A DNA stretch of 64,000 nucleotides, taken from assembly GCA_000708835.1 (NCBI GenBank), contig DF237240.1, forward strand, positions 43,697 to 107,696, given 5' to 3'. This document shows positions 45,687-57,600 of the stretch, piece by piece. How positions within the stretch are numbered: the first letter of the stretch is position 1; every line of letters begins with the position of its first letter. The notes under the pieces are model-generated. The model was given only the letters and a program-made list of their open reading frames with translations. It was not told the DNA's origin and made no database searches. The translations under genes and the position numbers were made by a program. This DNA is from Klebsormidium nitens. Taxonomy: Eukaryota > Plantae > Klebsormidiophyceae.

Positions 45687-48600
45687 TCAAGAGTCAAGGA
45701 CAGGTTGCCCCAACCGGTAGTCGGCCCAAAGCGCCATGATGTGGTCCCGGTCACTGACGAAATACGCAACAATGCCCAGAGCGAACGCAGCGCTGATGCA
45801 CCCCTGCAGGAAACACATAGCATACCGTCAGAATTGCCGGGCAAGATCCTGCGGGAGCGTCCTGACTCAGGTGCTTCGGTTGTGACATAGCGCCTTGTTT
45901 GTCTGAACAAAGAAGATGAGGGCATGTGTAACTGTTGAATCGATCGTGCAGATGTCAAAAAAGCGCTCCTAAGCTAGTGGTAGGCGGATACTTGCGCAAA
46001 GTTGGTCACTCCACCTGAAACGGAAGAGTGCCCCGAACAAGATATCATCCCAAACAAGGACTAAGAGACACACAACCCCTGCGGTTCTCAGTCGCTTCAG
46101 CGCGGCTGGCGACGAGGCACACGCAGCTGGTCACAGCAGTGAAGTGCTAGATATACTCTACCAGTAAAACTAGTAAAGCAATTGCCCAATCTGAGATCAT
46201 GTAGAAGATAGGACAACTGGGTGACATACTAGCGCGAACCGATAAGTGAAAAGGATGAGAAGGAAAACGATCGATGAAAAAGGCACCGAAAGAGCGCTTA
46301 CTGCAACAAGGCTCGCCGTTAGGCCTGGCCGCTCCCGGGGGTTGTGGGGGAAGAACCAGAGAATCGCGCCAACGTACCAGAGGAGGTTGAAGAAGAAACC
46401 AAAGATGAACCTGTAACACAGAAAATGGGCTTAAAGCAGGTGCAGGCAAAAAGCCCTCTTGACGCTGACTCGAATGCAGGGGAGAACCTCGACAAAGAGC
46501 AAACATGTTAAGGTTCGAACGAGAGCCACATTAAAATCCGACAAAGCCAAGATCAGAAAACCGTATCAGAGGCATTCCCAAATGACGACAATGCAACACC
46601 GATCACAAGCCGGGGTCTAAGCTCTTCGAAAACCATCTAAGACGCTGGCTTTTGAATCATTGCCGAAGGATCGCTGGAGTTGCTGGAGCTACACCAAGTA
46701 CAGCGCATCTGCCTAGAACTTGAAGACACAAGGGGCTATTTTGAATGTGGTAGAATGAACGTAGATTGGCAACTGCCTAGAACTTGAAGACACAAGGGGC
46801 TATTTTGAATGTGGTAGAATGAACGTAGATTGGCAAGAGGTAAAAAGTGAAGGAATTAGGACAATAGCAGTACTGAGAACGAGCTTGCTTAGGCACCTGA
46901 CGTGGCTTGGATTTCAGAAGGGCGTGAGAAACACTTTATGTGAGTGCTGGAACGGGGAAGCTGAAAGCAGAACAGGCGACACGTCACCAAACGTCCCCCC
47001 TATGCTGGGACTTGGGGGTTCACTGCTCCTGGCCGTTTCAAGCCGCTGCGGACTTGTTTAAAGGACACAAGACGGAATTGCTCACCGATTCCTAACGAAA
47101 GCTGCAAGGCGATCACCGACGCAAGCTTCTCAGAGTGTGCTGGCAAGATGATTGGAGCGTAATCTGTAGAGCCTAACTTAATCCCGTATCGGAGGCCAAA
47201 TGACCAACCATAATACGAGACGTCATCCTAAAGACAAACATTGTAAGAGAATGCAATATTTAAAGGGGGCACAGATGCTCACAGGAACCACCCAATACCG
47301 CAACCGCAGCACGGCAGGGGCCTGTCGTAACCGTACTCTCCGCTCAGCTCGTGATACTCGTAACCACCCGGTCCGGTCTGCAACAAAAAGGAAGAGTGGT
47401 TTCAGACTTGGTTGTTCTTGAATAGTGTCAAAACTGCAAATAATGGAAGAACAGTGGGGACTGAGTCTGGTGGTAGATTCTGACAGCCCGAACAGACATT
47501 TTCCTCATCCCGCAGGTGAAATGCTATTGCTCGTGAAGTAAAGCTGCACCAATGGGGACCAGACTGAGCCAGAACACTCTTGATATTGTTGCACAGAGTA
47601 TACAAATTGATATGGACTGCAGTCAATAAACCCTGGAACTGGTTCATTTTTCTAAACACTGGCTGCGACTCTGTACCCAATAACTTTAGTGGGGAAGTTG
47701 CAGCTGGACGCAGTACACTGTCTTGAGCTCCACAAGCTCCTCCAGCCACTACACTCCCTCCACTGGGCATTGCAAACAAGTGGTCACTTCGTCGAGTCAA
47801 AGCAAGATTCTGCACCATTGAACACAAGGACCCACCACAGAGTAGCCGGGCTGCGGAGGCGCCTCTGCCTGCCAGTACTCAGGACGCGATGTCATCTGTG
47901 GCTGCTGCTGATAGTGCGTTTGCGACTGGGGCCGCCCCCCCCGAGTGTACTGCTGATATCCCGTATAAGGTATATAAGCGGGCGGCTGCGCCTCCGTCAA
48001 TGGGGGGGCAGAAGGGGCCTCACTGCTACTAGGGGCAGCCTGCAGAGAATCAGGACAAAGTCAAACTCTGGGTCTAAGCAAATTGAAGAAAGACCCTCAC
48101 CACCTGCTCTTCTGATAGACTACTCAGCATTGAGGAGCGAATGGTAGCTCCTTGATAAACTTCTGTGGCATTTGGCAGCATCAGAATCACAGTGCACAAT
48201 CTCTGTTATGGTGGCATGCTGAGGAGCGGCATGTCAGGTAAGGGGCACTTTTCAAGCTCGCAGAAGGAGCAGGATTGTGCAGGTAATATGCAATGCCGGA
48301 ACCACATGCCCTTCCTCTGCACCAACTTCTAATCGAGGCAGTCAAAAGTGCACGGTATATGTACAAACGGAGCCTTTGATGCGCAGCGGTTCTTGAAGCT
48401 TCGAGGAGCACAAGGAAATAAGCGGCTGAAAATTGTTGTGACGGCTCTCGAAGGAGTCTTGACAGCTTCAGGCAACACACTCTTACCTTCATGGGTACTC
48501 CTCCAAAACCCTAAAACTCGACTTCAAAAGTGGACCTCAACATGCGGTGGAACGTGGGGCAAAGAACAACTTGGTCATGCGGAGTATGAAAACCCAGAAC

Positions 48601-48826
48601 CACGTCTACAGCTAACACACTGTATCAGCATTGCCACAGTGCATGCAGGATGTAGACCAAGCAAGTACATAGAGCAACCACGAACGTGACTGTCGCTTGT
48701 TATGCACAACGACGTACACAACACAGCCTGTGTACGACAGGGCAGAAGGAACCACACTTTTCGGCTGCGCTGTTCAAAGGAAGCAGAAAACCATACCTGC
48801 TCCTGCGATGGGTCGCCAGCCGCCAT
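45687..48826 (-). CDS. Putative multi-exon gene: Pro/Gln/Tyr-rich N-terminus and a C-terminal TM segment; middle exons unresolved
   Basis: Clean junctions give MAAGDPSQEQ| (48826-~48797) and AAPSSSEAPSAPPLTEAQPPAYIPYTGYQQY...PGYSV| (~48040-47836). A terminal exon GCISAAFALGIVAYFVSDRDHIMALWADYRLGQPVLDS* spans 45803-45687. Linkage of these pieces is not shown. Confidence 0.35.
46709..46836. repeat. Perfect 64-bp tandem duplication
   Basis: CTGCCTAGAACTTGAAGACACAAGGGGCTATTTTGAATGTGGTAGAATGAACGTAGATTGGCAA at 46709-46772 and 46773-46836. Confidence 0.95.
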
Positions 48827-50638
48827 GAAGGCCCCTGTAAAGTTTTTGCACTCCCAGAAGAGACCTGTCAACCTGAAGCATGCAACCCTAGCCCCCTGCC
48901 AACCACTCACACGCTCTCCCTCTCCAAAGACCGTCTTCCTCAGAATCCAAGTTCTCGCGCCCTCAAACTTCAACACGATTTCGAAGTGCTCAGCAATTCA
49001 AGAGCCAGCGCAAGCTACACAGTGCAGAGGGCACAAGTGCGAAGGTTGCGGGTCCAGCTGGCGCGCGACCGCGAGGCGCGCCGCCCGCGCTAGACTCTGA
49101 GAGTGCAGTTGCCCAACTCCCTCGGGGAATCGCCCGTAGTATAAGCTATCCGCCATAAGGGCTCTGAGGGCCAGCACTCACCATTACCGCGCTGTGGCGG
49201 ACCGTTCCCATCCGGTTCCTCCTAAAGCACTCCCTCAGGCCCCACACACAATGCCAATTAGCCAATGGTCATCAGCAGAGAGAGCAGGCTGGGTAGATTG
49301 TGGTTGAAGCTTTGCTTCAGCCTTCAGCTCATAAAAGTCAGTGTGGTTGGCACTTCAAGGCGTTGAAGCAAGTCCGGCCACAGAGCCGGCTCCGAGGCTC
49401 TGTGGCGCCTTGCGGCAGATCTCTAACCTGCTTGCACCACTGCCAAGTGTCATTCCAGAAGCAAGAAGATGCTTCTCTGAGTCAGCAACTTGATGACTCA
49501 GCACAGCTGGCGGCGGCACCCGATGGCGCTGCCTGGCGTCCTCTGGCAGCTTTCTGAGCTCGTTTTGATGGGTTGCAATGGTCTCCAACTACATTTCTCA
49601 AAAGAACAAAGGGTCCATTTCTCAGGAGAGTCTTGTGGCAAGCTCAAAAGCAGGAAGACTGTGGTCGGCGCGTTGTGTACGCACGCGTTTAGACATGCTC
49701 AGGTAAGTGTTTTGCTTCTGTAGCTCTCAAACATCAGGATCAAGCACCTCTTGTACAGGGCCGCGCGCTTGGGAATTGCTAACCAGCATTCAAAACACTT
49801 GATGGTCTGTGCTGTCTGCTGTAAGTGGAATGCTTTTTGTCTGCCGTAAGTGGAATGCTTTTTGTCTGCCAGAAGGGGCTTTCTGTCAGGCCTCCTTAGT
49901 ATACTGGGTCAGCCTGACGATTGTGGACAATACCAACATGCACATGTGCCATGTGGGATCGCCGCCAGTTCCAGAGTAATGGGTTTGCAAATGCATGTTG
50001 GCGAGCGCCATGAGCTCTCAAACACGTCTCCAGCCTCATGCATGTCCTGCACTCATCACAATGGACTTCCTTTTTCCATGGGTTTGTCTCCACACAAAAG
50101 CACTTTGGTCAGGGGCAGGGATCAGATCACCTGAGGCTTTGATTCTGATCCGTTAATACTTTTCTGCATGCAGGGTGGTTGCCCACAAACAGCGGAGTGT
50201 GTGGTCAGCAGCGCCGCGCACCGGGCTTTGAGGTAAGCCCTGTGCTTAGGCTTCTACGCATCTGCTGCCTGCCGACCTGCGCACTTGCAGGCTCACAGAA
50301 TTGTGTTATCAAAGCAGGAGTCACTCAGGCGATGGCCAACATCCACCCCCCGGGCCACCAGGATCATCGCTCAATCATGCGTCCGTCAACTCCGAGGGGT
50401 CCCCTGAGTATTGTCTGGTCGTGTTTTGCAGCAGATGGCAGAGACAACTACACCGCCGCAGCAGGAGTCGGCAGCCTCACTGTTTGATGGCACCCCTGCC
50501 GCTGAATTGCTGCCTTCGACTCTGGTGAGCTCACCAAACCTGATGGCTCAGATTCTGTTGCGTGGGAGGGGCGCATAGTCAAGTCCTGGGACATGGCATG
50601 GACCAAGGGAGCGATACGTGCTGTACAAGTGGAGTGCT

Positions 50639-51326
50639 GACAATTTGCATTGGCGTAGAAGGTCGAATGCATAGATCAGTGGGTGCAGATTGACGACCCC
50701 ATGCCGAGCGCTTTCTGGGTTCTTGTGAGAGAGAGGGATTCGAGGAGCTGACAAATTGCATGGTTTTAGAGGCTTGAATGCATAGACCAGTGAGTGCAGA
50801 TTGTCAGCCCCATGCCGGGGGCTCTCTTTGGTTGTTCTTCAGTTCATGGACCGAGGGGCTGACAATCTGCATTGGTTGAGAAGCGACAATGTAAAGACCA
50901 GTGAGTGCAATTTGTCACCCCCATACCGGGTACTTTCCTAAAGGGCTTCTGTGGAGGAGCTGACAATTTGCATTGGTTAAGAGGCTTCAATGCATAGACC
51001 AGTGAGTGCAAATTGTCCGGCCCCATGCCGGGCGCTTTTCTTGGTTCGTCTGGAGTTATCTAGCTGACAATTTGCATTGGTTGAGAAGCTTCAATGCATA
51101 GACCAGCTGTTGCAAATTGTCGAGCCCATACCGGGCACTTTTCTGGTTCTACTGGGAGCGATAGAGGGAGGTTCTGTCAATCTGCATCAGTTTAGAGGGT
51201 GGATTGCATAGACCAGCTGGTGCAGATTGTCACGCCCATGCCGGGCACTTTTCCTGGTTTTACTGGGAGCGATAGATCTAGGTTCTGACAATTTGCATTG
51301 GCTTAGAAGGTCGAATGCATAGACCA
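50639..51326 (+). repeat. Array of 7 palindromic units (104-115 bp period): 11-bp arm, 34-nt spacer, inverted 11-bp arm
   Basis: Left arms G(A/T)CAA(T/A)(T/C)TGCA at 50639, 50750, 50861, 50962, 51066, 51176 and 51287. Right arms TGCA(G/A)(A/T)TTG(T/A)C at 50684, 50795, 50906, 51007, 51111 and 51221. The last unit is cut by the N gap. Confidence 0.93.
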
Positions 51327-51680
51327 NNNNNNNNNNNNNNNNNNNNNNNNNNNNNNNNNNNNNNNNNNNNNNNNNNNNNNNNNNNNNNNNNNNNNNNNNN
51401 NNNNNNNNNNNNNNNNNNNNNNNNNNNNNNNNNNNNNNNNNNNNNNNNNNNNNNNNNNNNNNNNNNNNNNNNNNNNNNNNNNNNNNNNNNNNNNNNNNNN
51501 NNNNNNNNNNNNNNNNNNNNNNNNNNNNNNNNNNNNNNNNNNNNNNNNNNNNNNNNNNNNNNNNNNNNNNNNNNNNNNNNNNNNNNNNNNNNNNNNNNNN
51601 NNNNNNNNNNNNNNNNNNNNNNNNNNNNNNNNNNNNNNNNNNNNNNNNNNNNNNNNNNNNNNNNNNNNNNNNNNNNNNNN
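51327..51680. other. Assembly gap (354 N)
   Basis: Run of N directly after the palindromic array. Confidence 1.
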
Positions 51681-54600
51681 ACTGCTGCGAGCCCAGCGCA
51701 CGCTAGCCCAGCTGCCACGAGCCAGGCCCGGCCCCCAGCTGGTGGCGCAACCAGGAAAGCGAGGAGAGCGAGGGAGGAACTGGCCAGCTACCTCTTTGGG
51801 GACAAAGGTGAGAGCGGCACCTTGATCGGGTTGGGCTGATCGAAGCACCTGATCGGCCCTTTGCGGGAAATCAGATTCAAAGCGTTGGGGGGGCACTTTT
51901 GCTTAAGGGTCCTTGAGTTTGCAACTGTTCAGGACCTCAGAGCTCTTGTGTGTATGTCTAGGAATACGAGAAGGCGAGCTTCTACGCCCACACGAGTCAA
52001 CCAGGGCTTCACCTGTTCTCGTTTTTGATCCCAACTCTTCGTGCTTTCTTTTTCAGTTCCACACAGCTACCTCTGCGGAGAATGCAGCAACCCCGCGACC
52101 TTTGCGGTGCGCGGGAGCAAGGAAGGGAGCAACCTCAAGTACTTCTGCGGTGTGCATCGCGAGGTCACGGGCTGCTTCAAGATCGAGAAGACCCGGACAG
52201 GTGAGCCCTGTGCAACTGCCGGTTTGTGTACCACCGACACATTTGTATTGATCACTCGGCCAAGAGCTGCACCAGGCCCAAGCATGCAAGTATGCAGAGT
52301 TTGTAGGCATGTTGGCGGGCGTTCGCCGGCCTGTGTGTCCTGCATGTGAGCGCTCGTAGTAAAGACCTGTGCTTCTTGCTTTTTCAGAGTGGGCACGTGA
52401 CTGTGGAGTGTACAAGTTGAAGGCAGAGCTGGCGCGAGCGCTTGACGAGGAGTCGCGGCTGAGGTGCAATCGGGGTGAGGGTTTGTTTGGTGCAGAAGAA
52501 CGTGCCCTTGACTTTTGATTCAACGGACAGCACAAGATACCCTACTTTGCCAAGGCTATCCTCAAGTCGCACTTGACCTCTATTGACGCGCAGCTGTTTC
52601 AACCTTGTCGAAAACGAACACCCGTCAAGCTCTCGAGCTGTTTGCTTACATCTCCAGTTCGATGCGACCTTTCTACTAGCATGCAGAACATGACACTTTC
52701 CTTTTCCTCCACAGATTGTAACGGATGGCAGGAAAGCGGATACTGGGGGGATGCAACACCAAAAAGCAGACTCCTGATAGGTAAGTCGCTCGGATCATCA
52801 GATTGGGGCGATGAGACTCGGCTCACATCTGGTCCCCGAACCATAGGTGTTGCGCTCAGCATCTGTTGAAACTTTGAACGTTGGGCGGCGGTTCAGAAAA
52901 GGTCTCAACTTGTGCGCAATATGGTGTTTGAAGCTCAAAACGGCAGCTTGAGCCTTGACCCTTCAAAAGTCCGCGCTTATGTAGGCGCCTGCTCTTGCTC
53001 CGTTGAGTTTTGTCAATTCTTCACGGTCGTGAATGAAGGTCTGCCTATCTGTGTCAACAGCTAATGCTGTCCGGCTGACCCTTTGCAGCAAAGCTCTTGA
53101 TCATGGGTGGAATCGAGAGCAACCCAGGATGGTCATCGTCAAATGAAGCCAGCCCGGAAGGAGAGCGTCCTTCAGCATCAGAGGAGACGCACCAGCATCT
53201 GACGGCGGCGTGGCCGGAGCTCCGCATCCTCGTGATGTGAGCAACCTTTGACGTGTTTCAGTCAATCTCAGGGATGACATTGCTGTGTCGGAACCAGTTG
53301 ACCAGTTGACCAGGCCCAGCAGGCAATAGCCCCGGATATCAAGAAGTGGGCTGTCAAGCCTCTGTCCAAGGGCTTTCTGGGCACGGAGAAGACAGAGGGA
53401 AGGGGTCGAGTCAATTTGCACTGGCTTGAAGAATTGACTGTATAGAATCTGAGGTGCAAATTGACAGCCCAGGCATTTCGCTTCCCATCCTACGACCTTG
53501 GTTTTGATTCAGCGAGCAGGTGTATTGACCCCGCGCATGCCATCGTACCTCATTCGACCCACACACCCCTTGCATGATTGCTCCCTTAAAAGCGTACGTA
53601 TGTTATTAGGCCGCTTAAAATCATTGAACAAAAGGCTGCAAGACGGGACCGCCAGAATATGGAAGCTCCAGAACGTAACTCTCTATCTCTGCTTGCAGGC
53701 CGCAGCCGTAACTTCTGACGCCAACGGCGCCCTCGCAGACATGATCGCACACGCTGAGGTGCAAATGAACTTGCCTGCATCCGATGTGGACACGAGAAGG
53801 CCGCCGGAGCAGGTAAGAGGCCCATCATCTCTAGTGTACTTCCCTCCACGAGTGATAGATCCCTTCAAGCTGCGTTTCGTGACCAGGCATGAAGTTTTGG
53901 TCGTTGCTTCGTGAGCTGGTCAGCTTGTGGGCCTAATATGCATCATCCAGTGTTACTGAATAGGGGGGGCAGGGTGTGCAGGTGTCGTCAGAAGCGGGAC
54001 CGTCGAAGAGGAGGAGGAAGAGACTCGTCAAGGTCTCAGAACTTGCCAGCGGAGCCTCGGTAGAACTTGCTGCAGGCAGCGTGGCCCAACCCGCTGCCCG
54101 CACTGGCGCAGAGTAAGCACATGTGCCCGACTTCTAGACACGGTATCAAGCCTTGCTGGGGTGTTGCTAGGAGGGAGTTGCGCGCGCACAGAGTGGTTAT
54201 TCTAGTGGAAGCACATGCAATTATACGCATCCCAAGAACCTGTCAGGTTGATCACCAGTGGGTAATCAACCCCCTGACCGTGCTCTCCTTCTGCTTGGTA
54301 TCCAGGGAAGCAGGAGAGTTGGAAGAGGACCTTGATGATTCGTCCGAGCGGGCCGCGGGCAGCCGGCGCATCAGGCGCAGGGCAATGGAGGAGCGAGTGG
54401 TCGTCGACTTCTTTGCAGAGCGCAGCCAGCAGAGAGAGGCTTGGGCGGCCAGAGAAGAGGAGATGTTCGGCCCACCCTCCTCACTAGAGCAACACGATTC
54501 TGCTACAGATGTTCCAGAATTGGAGGCCTTGGCAACGTGAGGCCCTGCTCTAAACTTGGCTTATCCTACTGTCTCTCCAGGAAGTCGCTGCAGTCAATGA

Positions 54601-57600
54601 AGTCTTTCAGCCTGGTCAAGTAGGTTCCAGTTGCGAAAACTAGTCGCATGCTTTTGCAATGGTTCCAAACCCCGGGTCCCGAACCCATTGCCAAACAAGG
54701 TCTGAAAAGTGTGGTTGGGAGGTCAGAGCTCAACCGCTTCTTGCCGCTGCAGCGACGATGCCGAGGCCGAAGAGCAGGAGCCGCTGGGGAGGCATAGTCC
54801 AGCACCCACTGCGCCCGACCTGGTGAGCCCAGCGCTGCCTTTCAAGGAGTACGGACCGTGCCTTTGAATCTTATTAGAGCGGTCTGTAGAATTTGACTTG
54901 CAGGATTTTCCGTGCAAGGCGGGGCCTGGCACGATCGTGGCGAGTTTGAAGCGAAGCGGACTGCTGACAGATCTGAAGTATTTCATGCAGCTCAGTAATG
55001 CTTCAATGATCGAATGTGTGTTGGGTTGTTGTTGGCATTCACTCTTACACGGAGTGGGCTGCAAAGCTGGCTTTGCTTTTTGGGAGCTCACCCTACCGCA
55101 CACACCCCCCCGCATTGAGACCGCCGCAGTTTCTGGTGCTCGTCCAAAGCTCACCCATTTGCAACCTGTTGGCCGTCAGGTACGGAGCCAGACAGCGAAG
55201 CAAGGCCATCGACGCCAGTGGCTCCGAAGACTGGTCGGCCGACATCCAAAAAGCGACGGTAAGCTCGTTGGTCGGTATTTAACACGTATCTTCGCGTCCC
55301 CGACACAAAGGCGACTCTTGTGTATATATTGTATTCCGTCAGTTGCTTCCTTGGGTACTGTGAATAACAAAGGCATCCTTTGGGGTCCACTTGATTCCCT
55401 GGAGTTCTCCCAGACTGCTGCTTTAGGTCCCTTCAGCAGCAAACCGTTGACCAACAGTGGCCTGCATGATTGTCGTGTATTGATCCACTCTCTCTTCTTG
55501 CGCATCTACAGCAAAAAGGCAAAAGCGAATCCTGTCCCCATGGACGAGGCGGCTCGGGAGGCCGGTCGAGCGGCTGCGGCAGCTCATCTCCAAGCTGTGG
55601 GGGCACTGAGGCCCTCGAGAACGCAGCGCGAGGGGCAAGCCGTTCATCAAACGGAGCTGGGTGATTTCGGAGGCCCGCCTCATGCACCCGCCGTCGTAAG
55701 TTGCCGTGGAGCATACTTTTTCATTGAAGCGGTTGAGACTTTCGGGCACATGTGTTTGCCGTTGTCTCACGTCAGTTAATCAGCTTGTGCGCACAGTTGT
55801 TCCGCTTGGCCTTGGCAGGCATCTAGGCGACCTTTCTTCTGAGCCCGAGGCTTTAAGTGCTGTCAAACATGCAGTTTGCTGTGATAGCCCTGGGCGTTGA
55901 AGACTTGCGAGCCTTTTCCAAATCTCCATGCCTGACTCTGCATAACTGGTCCGGCTTGCTCTTGAACGTGAGTGCGAACCCCTTTTCTTTGTCTTTCTGG
56001 CGCAGGGGCTGGTGACCGACGCTCCCATCCAAAACGTTGGGGCCCTGGTCGACCGCCTGAACGCCAAGCGGGACGCCGAAGAGGCGGCCGCGCGCGAGGC
56101 GCGGCTGAAACGCTACCGGCGCGCGCGACCCCTGGGTGCTCCACGTGGGGCGGGGAATTCCCTGGCCCGCACCATCCAGGACCCGAGCCCTTCCTCTCCT
56201 TTGCCCCCTGTCATCCTCTCTTCTCGGGAGGAGGAAGAAGCCGCCCCAAGCACAGCGCAGACCCCCCCAGCAGCCTTCTCTTCACCGGCCGTGGAAGATG
56301 AACGGGCCCCGCCGTCGCCGCCGGCCGACGATCCGGGTTCGGTTTTCTCCCTCTCGCAGCCCCATGAGCCCCCCTCCCCCGCCCGGCACCCACCCTCTCC
56401 CCCCCTCGCTGACCAGCCCGAGGAGCCCCCGATCATAGCCCCGCCTCTCCTCGAAAACGCACAGCCCGAGGTGGTTCCCAGTCAGCCCCCAGCAGCCGCC
56501 CCTTCCCCTTTCCCAACCCACCAGGAGCAGCCGCCCGTCGACCAGGCGCTTGCAGCCGACCCGCCAAACCAGCCCCGGGCAGCGGAAACAAGCCGGCCCG
56601 CTACAGCGGAGTCGTCCGCAGAGCTGTCGCCCGCACTTCCGCCCACGGAGCCGCCCGCGCAACTGCTTGGGAATCCCCCTCAGGCTGCGTCGGTCGAAGA
56701 TAGTGGGCCCGGCTGGTGCAAGAAGCTAGTGGAGGCGCTCCGGCAACGGCAGGCAAACGGGCGTGCAATCGTGGTGGCGGAGGATGTGCACCAGGAGGGG
56801 GCAAAGCGCTATGGCAGCTTCAAGGATGTTGCGGCCTTGGTGGCGCACCGGAGGTCGCTCGGTGCGTTCGCGCACCTGTACGAGCTCATCCAGGACGATG
56901 CCTGCTGGCGCATCTACTTCGACCTGGACTTTTCGCTCCCAACCGAGGACCCGAGCGACTTCGAACGGCGCCTGGAGGCTTTCCACCTGGTCAGAGACCG
57001 GGTCCTAACCTCGGTGCTGACTGTCCCCGAGGGTGCGCTCCGTTTCCAAGCTTGCGAGGCGCACGGTCCAGCGCGGCCCCCGAAGCAAGAGTTTAAGTAC
57101 AGCGTGCACGAGGTGCTGGAGGGGTTCTACCTAAGGGGGCTGGAAGCCAGGAGGGCATTCGGGAAAGCCTTTCGGTGCTTCTTGGAGAATCCCCCGGACG
57201 ACCTAAAGCCGAGCATCGAGCTCCTCCGGAAGGACGGCGGATCCGCCTACATCTGGGACGGGTCCGTCTACGGGCAACATCGCTGCTTCCGAATGTTGAG
57301 GTCCTCCAAGTTCGGGGACCGTTTCCGCTCCCTCCTTCCCTCCGAAGGCAGCTCCGAGGCGATCGCTGACCACCTGGTCTGCCTCTACTCGGAAGCGGAG
57401 CTGGCTGGGTCCACCCGGATCAGCGCCGACCTTCTCGGAGAGTGGGCGTCCGCGCGGCGCGAGCCGCCTGCCCCGGACCGCGTGGGGGCCTTCCGGCAGA
57501 GGGCGCTCGCCCTCGACGAGGCGAGCACCTCGGAGGGGCCCGGCGAGGACCTGAGCGCGCAAGAGCGGGCCGTCCTCCTCGCCCGCTACCAGGAGGACCA

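Noticed and set aside
50639-51326. Palindromic array as CRISPR or integron attC cassettes
   Set aside because: The spacers are homologous to each other, no ORFs lie between units, there is no cas or intI gene, and the array appears intronic.
51278-51896. ORFs spanning the N gaps (51278-51896 and 60985-62115)
   Set aside because: Lengths are inflated by X runs; only the 51681-51807 and 61753-62048 portions fit the exon chain.
54067-54540. ORF ending ...ELEALAT* as a separate gene
   Set aside because: The TGA overlaps a donor (AC|GTGAGG at 54537) whose phase matches the next exon at 54581.
54898-55779. 293-aa ORF as a single exon
   Set aside because: It is open throughout, but strong internal GT-AG pairs give a phase-consistent three-exon reading with more protein-like sequence. 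A retained-intron form cannot be excluded.
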